Below, piece after piece: positions 40,137 to 47,964 of a DNA stretch of 64,000 nucleotides. The stretch is taken from the NCBI GenBank assembly GCA_927435965.1, contig CAKMKB010000144.1, positions 2,079 to 66,078 of the forward strand, in the 5' to 3' direction. The notes beneath the pieces were generated by a model. The model did no database searches. It was not told where the DNA came from and saw only the letters and a program-made list of their open reading frames with translations. The translations under genes were made by a program, and so were the position numbers. Numbering within the stretch: position 1 is the stretch's first letter; each line of letters begins with the position of its first letter. Source of the DNA: an uncultured Clostridia bacterium (lineage in GTDB: Bacteria; Bacillota; Clostridia; Tissierellales; Dethiosulfatibacteraceae).

Positions 40137-41097
40137 TCTCTGTACCTCTATAGTTTTGTGAATTCAAGTTTGTTTGTTTCAAGATATAGATGGGTCTGTT
40201 TTTTGATTCCATAAAGATATGACCTATGTATTCTCCCAGAATGCCTATAGAGATTACAACAATTCCACCCAGAAAAAGAACAGCGGATAAGGTTGTAACA
40301 TATCCAGGGACATCTATACCTGTGATAAAGGTCTTGACCAATGTAATGATGATATAAACAAAGGCAAACATGGAAATTAAAAACCCCATACCTGTTACAA
40401 GTTGCAGAGGAGCAGTTGAAAAAGCTGTTATACCATGGATTGCGTATTTGACAAGGCTATTAAAGCTCCATTTTGTGACACCAACTGATCGCTCGATATT
40501 TTCATATGGCAACCATTTGGTATCAAAACCAATCCAGGAAAAAATCCCCTTGGAGAATCGTTGGACTTCGCATAATTCTAGTACTGCATCAACTACTTGC
40601 CTAGTCATAATTCTGAAATCAACTGCACCACTTACTAATTCCACATCTGAAAGTTTATTGTTTAGCTTATAAAAAAGCCTGGAAAAGACACTGCGTACTT
40701 TAGACTCACCTGTTCTACTAATTCGTCTTGCGGCGCAAGAGTCATAGCCGTTTTCCAACTCTTTTAGCATGTCCGGAATCATGGATGGAGGATGCTGAAG
40801 GTCCGCATCTATTATAGCGACCAGATCACCAGAGGAAAACTTCAAGCCTGCATACATAGCGGATTCTTTGCCAAAATTTCTTGAAAAAGACAAATATTTC
40901 ACATTATCAGAGTTGTTAGCTAAGGTTTTCATTATATCAAGTGTTCGATCCTTGCTGCCGTCATCTACAAAAATATAACGGAAGTCATATCCAACGATTG
41001 TTTCAAGTACTTTCTGCGTCTCATTATGGAAGAGCTCAAGTACGTCCTCTTCATTATAACAGGGTACAATAATATCCACTTTTTTTATATCTAACAT
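40105..41097 (-). CDS. family 2 glycosyltransferase (polyprenyl-phosphate sugar synthase, GtrB/CsbB-like)
   Basis: VDIIVPCYNEE, VDDGSKDRT, IIDADLQHPP (DxD region), two C-terminal TMs; overlaps the downstream YfhO start by 32 nt. Confidence 0.85.
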   Translation of the reverse strand: MLDIKKVDIIVPCYNEEDVLELFHNETQKVLETIVGYDFRYIFVDDGSKDRTLDIMKTLANNSDNVKYLSFSRNFGKESAMYAGLKFSSGDLVAIIDADLQHPPSMIPDMLKELENGYDSCAARRISRTGESKVRSVFSRLFYKLNNKLSDVELVSGAVDFRIMTRQVVDAVLELCEVQRFSKGIFSWIGFDTKWLPYENIERSVGVTKWSFNSLVKYAIHGITAFSTAPLQLVTGMGFLISMFAFVYIIITLVKTFITGIDVPGYVTTLSAVLFLGGIVVISIGILGEYIGHIFMESKNRPIYILKQTNLNSQNYRGTENEQTERKDIQ

Positions 41098-41259
41098 GAT
41101 TTGAATCCCCAGTCTTTAAGATATTTTAAATTAAATAACGAACACTACTTATTGTACTATACATTAAAAGAAAAGTGAAGAATGTCTATTTCATAATGAA
41201 CAATTCGAGAGGATAAAAGAAAAAATATTATTACTTGACAAATTTATCGATATAATATA

Positions 41260-41281
41260 ACATACGTTATATAACGTATGT
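41260..41281. promoter_or_regulatory. 22-bp perfect palindrome, probable TetR operator
   Basis: ACATACGTTAT|ATAACGTATGT lies 18 nt upstream of the tetR ATG, immediately downstream of TTGACA (41235-41240). Confidence 0.65.
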
Positions 41282-41298
41282 AATTCAAGGAGGATAGT

Positions 41299-41877
41299 AT
41301 GACACCAAAAACAAAATTCAGCAAGGAAGAAATTATACAAGCAGCATTCTTGATTGCCAAATCAGAAGGCTTTTCAGGAATAACAGCCAGAAGTGTTGCT
41401 AAAAGACTGGGTTGCTCAGTCGCACCTATATATGTCAATTTTACAAATATAGATGAGTTGGTAGTATCAGTAGTTAAACGTGTTTTTGACATATCCCAAG
41501 AGCTGATAGGCAAACAATCTGGGAACGATGTGATGGAAAGCATAGGAAAAGCCAGTATTGAATTCGCAAAATCATACCCGATTTTTTTTCGGGAACTGAT
41601 TATGACGCCCAATCCATACATGGATTCTTATGATGCTGTTGAAGAATCAATTCTAAATGCTATGGCAGAAGATAAAGACATGAAAAATTGGACTTATATT
41701 GAGAGAAGAAAGTTGCTATTGAAGTTGAGAATATTTCAAACAGGTCTTTCAGTTATGATTGCAAATGGAAATATGCCGTCTTGGATTGAAGAGGAAAAAT
41801 TTGAAGAATTATTGATGGAAACAGGAGAAGAATTGTTTCAAATACAAAAATCAAAAAGGAGTGTAACAAATGACTAA
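41299..41877 (+). CDS. TetR/AcrR family transcriptional regulator
   Basis: N-terminal HTH FSKEEIIQAAFLIAKSEGFSGITARSVAKRLGCSVAPIYVNF; RBS AAGGAGG. Confidence 0.85.
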   Translation: MTPKTKFSKEEIIQAAFLIAKSEGFSGITARSVAKRLGCSVAPIYVNFTNIDELVVSVVKRVFDISQELIGKQSGNDVMESIGKASIEFAKSYPIFFRELIMTPNPYMDSYDAVEESILNAMAEDKDMKNWTYIERRKLLLKLRIFQTGLSVMIANGNMPSWIEEEKFEELLMETGEELFQIQKSKRSVTND

Positions 41878-43363
41878 GAAATTAGTAATTATTGGTGGTG
41901 GAATAGCTGGATTAAGTGCAGGAATATTTGCTCAAATAAATGGATTTGACAGCGTAATTCTGGAGAAAAACCCTATTCTAGGGGGAGAATGCACCGGTTG
42001 GGATTGCAGAGGATATCATATAGATGGTTGTATTCATTGGTTAGTGGGAACAAAGGAAAACACCCCCATGAACAAATTGTGGAAAACACTGGGAGCGCTT
42101 GATGGAGTGGACGTTTATCATCCGGAAACTTTTTTGACATTTGAACACGAACAAGGAACTGTTCATCTTTATAAAGATCTAGAAAGACTGAAAGAGAGTT
42201 GGATAGAGATGTCACGTGATGACAAAGAAGTGATTGAAGAATTCTGTTCTGATATCAAAAAATTGCATTCCTTTGATATACCGACTGGAAAGCCCATGGA
42301 TCTAATGACGATTGTTGAAAAGATAAAAGCTATGATTTCAATGAAAGAAGCGGGTATGATTGTCAATAAATACGGAAAAATAACACTGAATGAATTTGCA
42401 AACAGGTTTAAACATCCTGCGTTGAGAGATGCATTGGGTACATTTTTACCAGAAGGTTACAATGCCATGCCGATTTTTTTTGCTCTAGCAACCTACACAA
42501 AAGGAGACGCATCTATTCCTGTTGGTGGTTCAAGAACTATGTCAATGAATATGGAAAAGCGTTATGTAGAGTTGGGAGGTGTTGTTGAGACCTTGTGTGA
42601 AGTAAGTGACTTAAAAATAGACGGGAAGATTGTTGGACAGATTGAAACTAAAGACGGACGAAGGTTTTCAGGTGACTATTATTTAGCAGCATGCGATGCC
42701 AGATTTGTATATGAGAATTTATTGAAGGGTAGGTACAATGATACTAAGTATGAGACAAGATTTAATGACCCGGTCAATTATCCACTTGCTTCCAATATCT
42801 ATGTTTCCCTAGGTTATGAAGGCAGTACAGAAGGAATCCCAAGGTCAGTTCGCTTTCCTTTGAAGAAACCCATAACAATAAATGATAAGGAATTAACACA
42901 TCTGATGATGACACATTATAACTATGAGCCAACATTTGCACCTGAAGGAAATACCGTAATTACATGTGCCATCAATCAATTTCATTCTGATGTTGATGCA
43001 TGGATAAAACTTGCAAACAGTACAGATCAGTACAAAAGGGAAAAAGAAAGGATTGGAGATGAAGTCAGACAATCCATAGAATTAAGATATCCTGAAATGG
43101 CAGGGAAAATAGAAGTCCTTGATGTAGCAACACCAATTACATATGAAAAATACTGCAATGCCTATCGAGGTTCTTTTATGGGGTTCCTGCCTACAGTTAA
43201 AGGCAAGTCTCTAAATCACACTGGAGGGATTAAGGGATTAGATAATTTGTATCTTACAGGTCAGTGGCTTCAACCACCTGGAGGATTACCCACCGCAGCG
43301 ATAACTGGCAAAGACACTATTATGAGAATCTGTTGGAAAGAAAAACAGAACTTCAGATATTAA
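41870..43363 (+). CDS. FAD/NAD(P)-dependent oxidoreductase (phytoene desaturase/CrtI-like)
   Basis: Rossmann motif VIIGGGIAGLSAG, EKNPILGG; overlaps the tetR stop by 8 nt. Confidence 0.8.
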   Translation: MTKKLVIIGGGIAGLSAGIFAQINGFDSVILEKNPILGGECTGWDCRGYHIDGCIHWLVGTKENTPMNKLWKTLGALDGVDVYHPETFLTFEHEQGTVHLYKDLERLKESWIEMSRDDKEVIEEFCSDIKKLHSFDIPTGKPMDLMTIVEKIKAMISMKEAGMIVNKYGKITLNEFANRFKHPALRDALGTFLPEGYNAMPIFFALATYTKGDASIPVGGSRTMSMNMEKRYVELGGVVETLCEVSDLKIDGKIVGQIETKDGRRFSGDYYLAACDARFVYENLLKGRYNDTKYETRFNDPVNYPLASNIYVSLGYEGSTEGIPRSVRFPLKKPITINDKELTHLMMTHYNYEPTFAPEGNTVITCAINQFHSDVDAWIKLANSTDQYKREKERIGDEVRQSIELRYPEMAGKIEVLDVATPITYEKYCNAYRGSFMGFLPTVKGKSLNHTGGIKGLDNLYLTGQWLQPPGGLPTAAITGKDTIMRICWKEKQNFRY

Positions 43364-43371
43364 TCAATTCT

Positions 43372-43426
43372 AAAAATACAAAAAACGAAACTGGCCCTCT
43401 TAGATTTATCTATGAGAACCAGTTTC
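43372..43426 (-). terminator. rho-independent terminator oriented for the minus strand
   Basis: Minus strand reads gaaactgg-tt-ctcatag ataaat ctaagag-gg-ccagtttc, followed by gttttttgtattttt. On the plus strand the hairpin has no U-tract. Confidence 0.7.
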
Positions 43427-43539
43427 TATGTTACTGTGTTCATGCTTTCTCCTTTTTTTTCAGGACCTTGTCCCAAAGAGAAATTTTCGTAATACTCTGT
43501 TTCCAGAATATATACTTCAACAACTATCCTACCAATCAT
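43426..43539 (-). CDS. candidate 37-aa small ORF (MIGRIVVEVYILETEYYENFSLGQGPEKKGESMNTVT)
   Basis: Hand-translated minus-strand ORF below the track cutoff. Its stop codon abuts the terminator stem. The SD is weak (ttgaaag), and an internal AAGGAG-N5-ATG lies 5 codons before the stop. Confidence 0.25.
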   Translation of the reverse strand: MIGRIVVEVYILETEYYENFSLGQGPEKKGESMNTVT

Positions 43540-43591
43540 CTTTCAATAATACAACTAAGGTTTTATTAATTTTACTTCTTTCTTGGAACGT

Positions 43592-43883
43592 GTTCAACAA
43601 ACTAAAATCTTTTTTCTAAAAACCGTTTAACAAACTAAAATCTTTTTTCTAAAAACCGTTCGACAAACTAAAATCTTTTTCTTAAAACCGTTCAACAAAC
43701 TAAAATCTTTCTTCTTGAAACTTGTTCAATAAATCAAACTTTCTTTCATAAAACTTGTTCTAAAAACTAAACTTCTTTTCGTAAAACCTAATCTAAAAAA
43801 TAAACTTCTTTTCGTAAAACTTTTTATAAAAACTAAACTTCTTTATAAAACTTGTTCTGGAACTAAAACCTCTTACTACCCTC
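43592..43883. repeat. about nine head-to-tail copies of a 31-34 bp AT-rich unit (consensus GTTCAACAAACTAAAATCTTTTTTCTAAAAACC), with no spacers
   Basis: Units start at 43592, 43625, 43658, 43690, 43724, 43757, 43790, 43823 and 43854. The first four are near-identical and later ones are progressively degenerate. A weaker unit-like stretch precedes at about 43546-43591. Confidence 0.9.
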
Positions 43884-43927
43884 AGTGTATTAATCTGATA
43901 TTTCGATAGAGTATTTGTTGTATTCCT

Positions 43928-43955
43928 ATTATATCACATTTTTTTTCCCGTGCAA
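43928..43955 (-). promoter_or_regulatory. candidate extended -10 sigma-A promoter firing leftward into the repeat array
   Basis: Minus strand reads TTGCAC - 16 nt - TATAAT, with TGa immediately upstream of the -10 (TGnTATAAT). Confidence 0.5.
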
Positions 43956-43988
43956 GCGTTTTCAAAAAAACATACTTATTTTTTTTAT

Positions 43989-44027
43989 ACACAAGAAATG
44001 ATAATGGGTTTATCTTGTGTTTTTTTT
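43989..44027 (+). terminator. terminator-like hairpin upstream of the cbiM promoter
   Basis: acacaaga (43989-43996) / tcttgtgt (44013-44020) plus T7. A TATAAT at 44039-44044 follows. Confidence 0.4.
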
Positions 44028-44089
44028 GGGTTATGATATATAATGTAAACACATTTCAAAATAAATCAAACAGTTAACAGGAGGTTGGC

Positions 44090-44821
44090 ATGAGTCATAT
44101 TCACATACCAGATGGTATTATCCCTTTTTATTTGTGGTTGCCAGGGTACATACTGACTTTTATAATTATATACTTAGTTATCAAAAGAAGCAGTAATGAA
44201 CAAGTCAAGAGGGTTCTGCCCTTTACTGGAATCGCGGCAGCTCTTATGCTGATAGCTATGTCGGTTCCCCTTATTATCATTCCCGTGCATATAAGTCTTG
44301 CTGTACTGACTGGAATTCTTATAGGACCTAAAATGGCTTTTTTGGTCGTGTTTGTCGTATCTATGATATTAGCCATGTTCGGTCATGGAGGGATAACCAT
44401 TGTTGGACTTAATACACTTGTTATTGGTTCAGAAGTTTTCATAGGTGCAATGCTCTTTAAGAGATTAGCAAAAAATAATCTTGTTATCGGAACAAGTGTA
44501 GCAACAGTGATGGCCTTGATAGTCTCTATGAGTATGATGGTGGCTATTATCGGCACCTATGCTGGATTTGCAGAGGTATTGCCTCATGATGCTGTAGAAC
44601 ATGCAGGTGAAGAGCATCTGGATGAAGGAAATCACGACGACTCTGACTTGTCTGAGGTTGTCAGTGAGATTAACTACCTTGCATTTTCAGGCTGGATAGC
44701 ACTAATCATGATAGTAGTTGCAGGTATTGGATTAGAAACCTTGATTACAGTCTTGATTATTCGGTATTTTTATAAGGTTAGACCGGATTTGATTGAAACT
44801 GTACATGGGTTTACTATGTAA
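44090..44821 (+). CDS. cbiM: ECF transporter substrate-specific component, CbiM/NikM family
   Basis: HIPDG N-terminal motif, 7 TM helices, followed by cbiQ and cbiO. Contains a His/Asp/Glu-rich loop HDAVEHAGEEHLDEGNHDDSD. Confidence 0.8.
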   Translation: MSHIHIPDGIIPFYLWLPGYILTFIIIYLVIKRSSNEQVKRVLPFTGIAAALMLIAMSVPLIIIPVHISLAVLTGILIGPKMAFLVVFVVSMILAMFGHGGITIVGLNTLVIGSEVFIGAMLFKRLAKNNLVIGTSVATVMALIVSMSMMVAIIGTYAGFAEVLPHDAVEHAGEEHLDEGNHDDSDLSEVVSEINYLAFSGWIALIMIVVAGIGLETLITVLIIRYFYKVRPDLIETVHGFTM

Positions 44822-44835
44822 TGGAAAGGTAGAAT

Positions 44836-45549
44836 ATGCATATAGCGGAGATTGATAATTTATCACTGAACGGAAACAGCATATTACATAAATCAGGTAC
44901 GATATCAAAGGTTATCTTGACCTTATTGATTTTGATTAGCATCATCATTAGCAAAGATTTGTACCGACTATCGGGCCTCATTTCAATCGTGCTTGTTCTG
45001 TTTGTTGTGGGGAAAATACCCATAGTTCAGATAGGTCATTTAGCATTATACCCTGCATTATTTAGTGTTTTTTTTGCGGTACTATCTGCACAGCAGGGAT
45101 GGGTCGCTGGACTAGTTATCATATTTAAAGCTGTAGGAGCAGCGCTTACAATGCTTTTGTTGATTACAACAACACCCTATGTAGATGTTTTCTCAGTATT
45201 TTCATTGTTTATGCCAAGCCTTATTGTTGATATTTTTTTGATGACTTACAGATCTTTTTTTATTATCGCTGATAGATTAAACAATCTTTTGACAAGCATA
45301 AGACTTAAAGGGGGTTATAAACCCTGGCAAATAGTACTGAATTTCAAAACGATTGCGTCTATGCTGGGAACTCTTATTATTCAATCTTTTGAAATGAGTG
45401 AAAGAATGTATAAAATATATGAACTTAGAGGATATTCGGGAAGGATTCCTATTCGAACGGATCTTAAGCCAGTGTCAAAGATTGATTTCTTATTATGCCT
45501 GGCGGGAATGATTATACTTACAGGGACGGTGATACCATGGAAAATCTGA
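44836..45549 (+). CDS. cbiQ: ECF transporter transmembrane (T) component, CbiQ family
   Basis: Polytopic, with a conserved Arg-containing coupling-helix region (SIRLKGGY..; MSERMYKIYELRGY); genomic context. Confidence 0.75.
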   Translation: MHIAEIDNLSLNGNSILHKSGTISKVILTLLILISIIISKDLYRLSGLISIVLVLFVVGKIPIVQIGHLALYPALFSVFFAVLSAQQGWVAGLVIIFKAVGAALTMLLLITTTPYVDVFSVFSLFMPSLIVDIFLMTYRSFFIIADRLNNLLTSIRLKGGYKPWQIVLNFKTIASMLGTLIIQSFEMSERMYKIYELRGYSGRIPIRTDLKPVSKIDFLLCLAGMIILTGTVIPWKI

Positions 45550-46370
45550 TAGAAGTGGAATGCTTAAAACATATTTACCCGGATAAAACGGAGGTTTCAG
45601 TTTGTGGACTTCACTTCACAGCTAAGAAAGGTGAAAGGGTTACAATCTTAGGACCTAACGGTGCAGGCAAAACAACATTGTTGTATCATATACTTGGTCT
45701 ATTGAAACCGGTTGAAGGAAAAGTTAGTGTCATGGGACTAGAACCCTTTAAGCAATTCAACGAGTTGAGAAAGAATATCGGTGTGGTTTTTCAGAATGTT
45801 GATGAGCAGATTATAGGACCCAGAGTATATGACGATATTGCCTTTACTCCTAGAAGTGATGGGTATTCTAAAGAACGAGTCGACGAAATGATAAGAGACA
45901 TTTCACAAAGACTTGGGATAGAAGAATTGTTAAACAAAATTCCTCATTATCTTAGCAGTGGACAAAAGAAGAAAGTTGCATTAGCTGGAGCTTTGGTTAT
46001 GACGCCAAAACTTTTAATATTGGATGAACCTTTTGATGCACTTGATTCAAAGTCAAAAAGGGAAATGATTGATATATTGAATGGTGTTAACAAAGAACAC
46101 GGCACAACAATTATCACAACGACTCATGATATCAATATTGTGCCATACATAGCTGATACAATATACATTTTGAATAGTGGCAGCATTGTAGCCAAGGGTA
46201 ATACGCAGGAAGTTTTTTCACAGTCAGAATTGATAAAGGATGCCAATCTTGAAACGCCAATTCTGTCTGAATTATTCACAAGGCTTAGAGACAGGGGATT
46301 TGAAGTCAGTATCCCATACACATTAGATGATGCTGAAAGAAATATATTAAAAATAATTCAGAAACCATAA
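45537..46370 (+). CDS. cbiO: ECF transporter ATPase (CbiO/EcfA-like)
   Basis: Walker A GPNGAGKTT, signature LSSGQKKK, Walker B LLILDEPFDALD. ATG 45537 overlaps the cbiQ stop. Confidence 0.85.
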   Translation: MENLIEVECLKHIYPDKTEVSVCGLHFTAKKGERVTILGPNGAGKTTLLYHILGLLKPVEGKVSVMGLEPFKQFNELRKNIGVVFQNVDEQIIGPRVYDDIAFTPRSDGYSKERVDEMIRDISQRLGIEELLNKIPHYLSSGQKKKVALAGALVMTPKLLILDEPFDALDSKSKREMIDILNGVNKEHGTTIITTTHDINIVPYIADTIYILNSGSIVAKGNTQEVFSQSELIKDANLETPILSELFTRLRDRGFEVSIPYTLDDAERNILKIIQKP

Positions 46371-46395
46371 TTAGAGAACTGAGGGAGGATTAATA

Positions 46396-46995
46396 ATGAA
46401 AGTTATTGCTTTTAATGGAAGTCCGAGAGTGGAGGGCAACACGCAGATTGCATTGGGACTTGTGCTTGCTGAGCTTGAGAAGAAGGGAATCGAGACGGAA
46501 ATCATCAATGTTGGCAGTCATAAGATTAGGGGGTGCACTGCTTGCCGTAAATGCGACGAGAATCGCGATGAGAAATGTATTATTGGCGGCGACGATGTTA
46601 ATCTCTGGATTCAGAAGATTAAGGATGCAGATGGGATTTTGTTAGGATCACCAGTGTATTTTTCAGGTATGACCGGTGCGATGAAATCATTTTTGGAAAG
46701 GGCATTTTTTGTTGCTAAATTCAATGATAATTTATTTAGACACAAAATTGGATCCTGTATTGTGACTGTCAGAAGGGCAGGAGGATTGCCAGCGCTGCAA
46801 CAACTCAACGTTTTTCTGTCTTATGCAGAGATGATGATAGCAACTTCCAATTACTGGGGAGTCATATATGGAAGGGATCCTGGTGAGGTCCTACAAGACA
46901 AAGAGGGTGTGCAGACAATGGAGATTCTAGGAAAGAATATGGCATATATGCTTCAACTAAAGGACGCTGGCAAGCATATCGCAATTGAAAGTTGA
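46396..46995 (+). CDS. iron-sulfur flavoprotein / NADPH-dependent FMN reductase-like
   Basis: MKVIAFNGSPRVEGNT flavodoxin-like N-terminus and compact Cys motif CTACRKCDENRDEKC. Confidence 0.75.
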   Translation: MKVIAFNGSPRVEGNTQIALGLVLAELEKKGIETEIINVGSHKIRGCTACRKCDENRDEKCIIGGDDVNLWIQKIKDADGILLGSPVYFSGMTGAMKSFLERAFFVAKFNDNLFRHKIGSCIVTVRRAGGLPALQQLNVFLSYAEMMIATSNYWGVIYGRDPGEVLQDKEGVQTMEILGKNMAYMLQLKDAGKHIAIES

Positions 46996-47028
46996 TGAAT
47001 TTGATTTAATAGGACTTTAGGTGATAAT

Positions 47029-47964
47029 ATGACCATTTATTTAGCATTGTTGGTTGTGATATTTTTGGTATTATCTATTATATCGTGGAGATTTTCAGGA
47101 TATGTCATCACGCCTGAGAGTAGAGATATTGATACCATGTTCTCAGATGAAGAGGCAAAAGGTAACATTTCAATTGAATATTTTGATACAATATCTAAAA
47201 CCGATTTCAATATTAAGACTGATGACGGTCTAAATCTATCAGGGCAATGGTTGTATCCTGAGAATCCAACTAATAAAGTGGTTATACTTTGTCATGGATT
47301 TGGGGTTAATAGAGTTGGCTCGATAAAATATATAACTCCTTACTTAAATAGAGGCTATCAGGTCATTATATATGACAATAGAAACGCAGGAAATAGTGAT
47401 AAGAGATATACAACCATGGGCTTTGCTGAAAAAAATGACCTGAAAAATGTATTGGATTATGTGTGCGGAATAATAGGGCCGCAGTGCTTTGCAGGAACTC
47501 ATGGGGAATCGATGGGTGGGGCTACTGTATTATTGCATGCCTGTATGGATAGCAGAGTCAGATTTGTAGTAGCGGATTGTCCCTATGCTGATTTGTCTCA
47601 GCAGCTAAAGTATCGACTTAAGGTTGAACAACACTTGCCTCCCTTTCCGCTTATTTATCTCACAAGTCTGGTGACGAAAATAAGAGCAGGCTTCTTTTTT
47701 GAAGATGTTTCACCTGAGAAGGAAATCATCAAACAGAGTGGACTCTCAAGCATACCGATAATGTTTGCTCATGGAAAGGAAGACAGGTATATACTGCCTG
47801 AGTCATCAATTAAGTTGTTTGATATAAAGAAAGGATATAAACTGTTGTATATTGCAGATCATGCCAAGCATGCTGAAAGCATCTGGGTGGATCCGGAACA
47901 ATATAACAGACAGGTTAACATTCTGCTTGATGTAGCCGAATCACATACAGAACCTAATAGGTGA
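47029..47964 (+). CDS. alpha/beta hydrolase, N-terminal TM anchor
   Basis: GESMGG nucleophile elbow, HGFG oxyanion region, C-terminal DHAKH. Confidence 0.8.
   Translation: MTIYLALLVVIFLVLSIISWRFSGYVITPESRDIDTMFSDEEAKGNISIEYFDTISKTDFNIKTDDGLNLSGQWLYPENPTNKVVILCHGFGVNRVGSIKYITPYLNRGYQVIIYDNRNAGNSDKRYTTMGFAEKNDLKNVLDYVCGIIGPQCFAGTHGESMGGATVLLHACMDSRVRFVVADCPYADLSQQLKYRLKVEQHLPPFPLIYLTSLVTKIRAGFFFEDVSPEKEIIKQSGLSSIPIMFAHGKEDRYILPESSIKLFDIKKGYKLLYIADHAKHAESIWVDPEQYNRQVNILLDVAESHTEPNR

Noticed and set aside
43428-43619. ORF-track 63-aa plus-strand ORF (and 43264-43569) running into the repeat array
   Set aside because: There is no RBS and the composition is implausible (Phe/Leu/Ser-rich from the AT-rich repeat). 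It overlaps the terminator hairpin, and its frame is closed by the repeats themselves.
43592-43883. Possible CRISPR array, given the regular ~33-bp periodicity
   Set aside because: The units abut head-to-tail with no unique spacers, identity decays along the array, there are no cas genes in the window, and the unit has no palindromic core. It is a tandem minisatellite, not a CRISPR array.
29799-44027. Shared 8-nt hairpin arms (acacaaga / tcttgtgt) at 29799-29822 and 43989-44020, as a possible dispersed repeat family
   Set aside because: Because the arms are self-complementary, this is effectively a single 8-mer coincidence. That is expected by chance about once in 64 kb of AT-rich sequence, and the loops and flanks are unrelated.
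43884-44089. Expected cobalamin or NiCo riboswitch upstream of cbiM
   Set aside because: I could not find a B12-box-like GC-rich core or conserved riboswitch helices. The leader is almost pure AT with one simple hairpin. An Rfam scan is still needed for certainty.
47954-47964. Convergent genes overlapping at their 3' ends by 11 nt (also 61958-61969)
   Set aside because: Short 3' overlaps of convergent genes are common in compact genomes. No hairpin or other signal was found.
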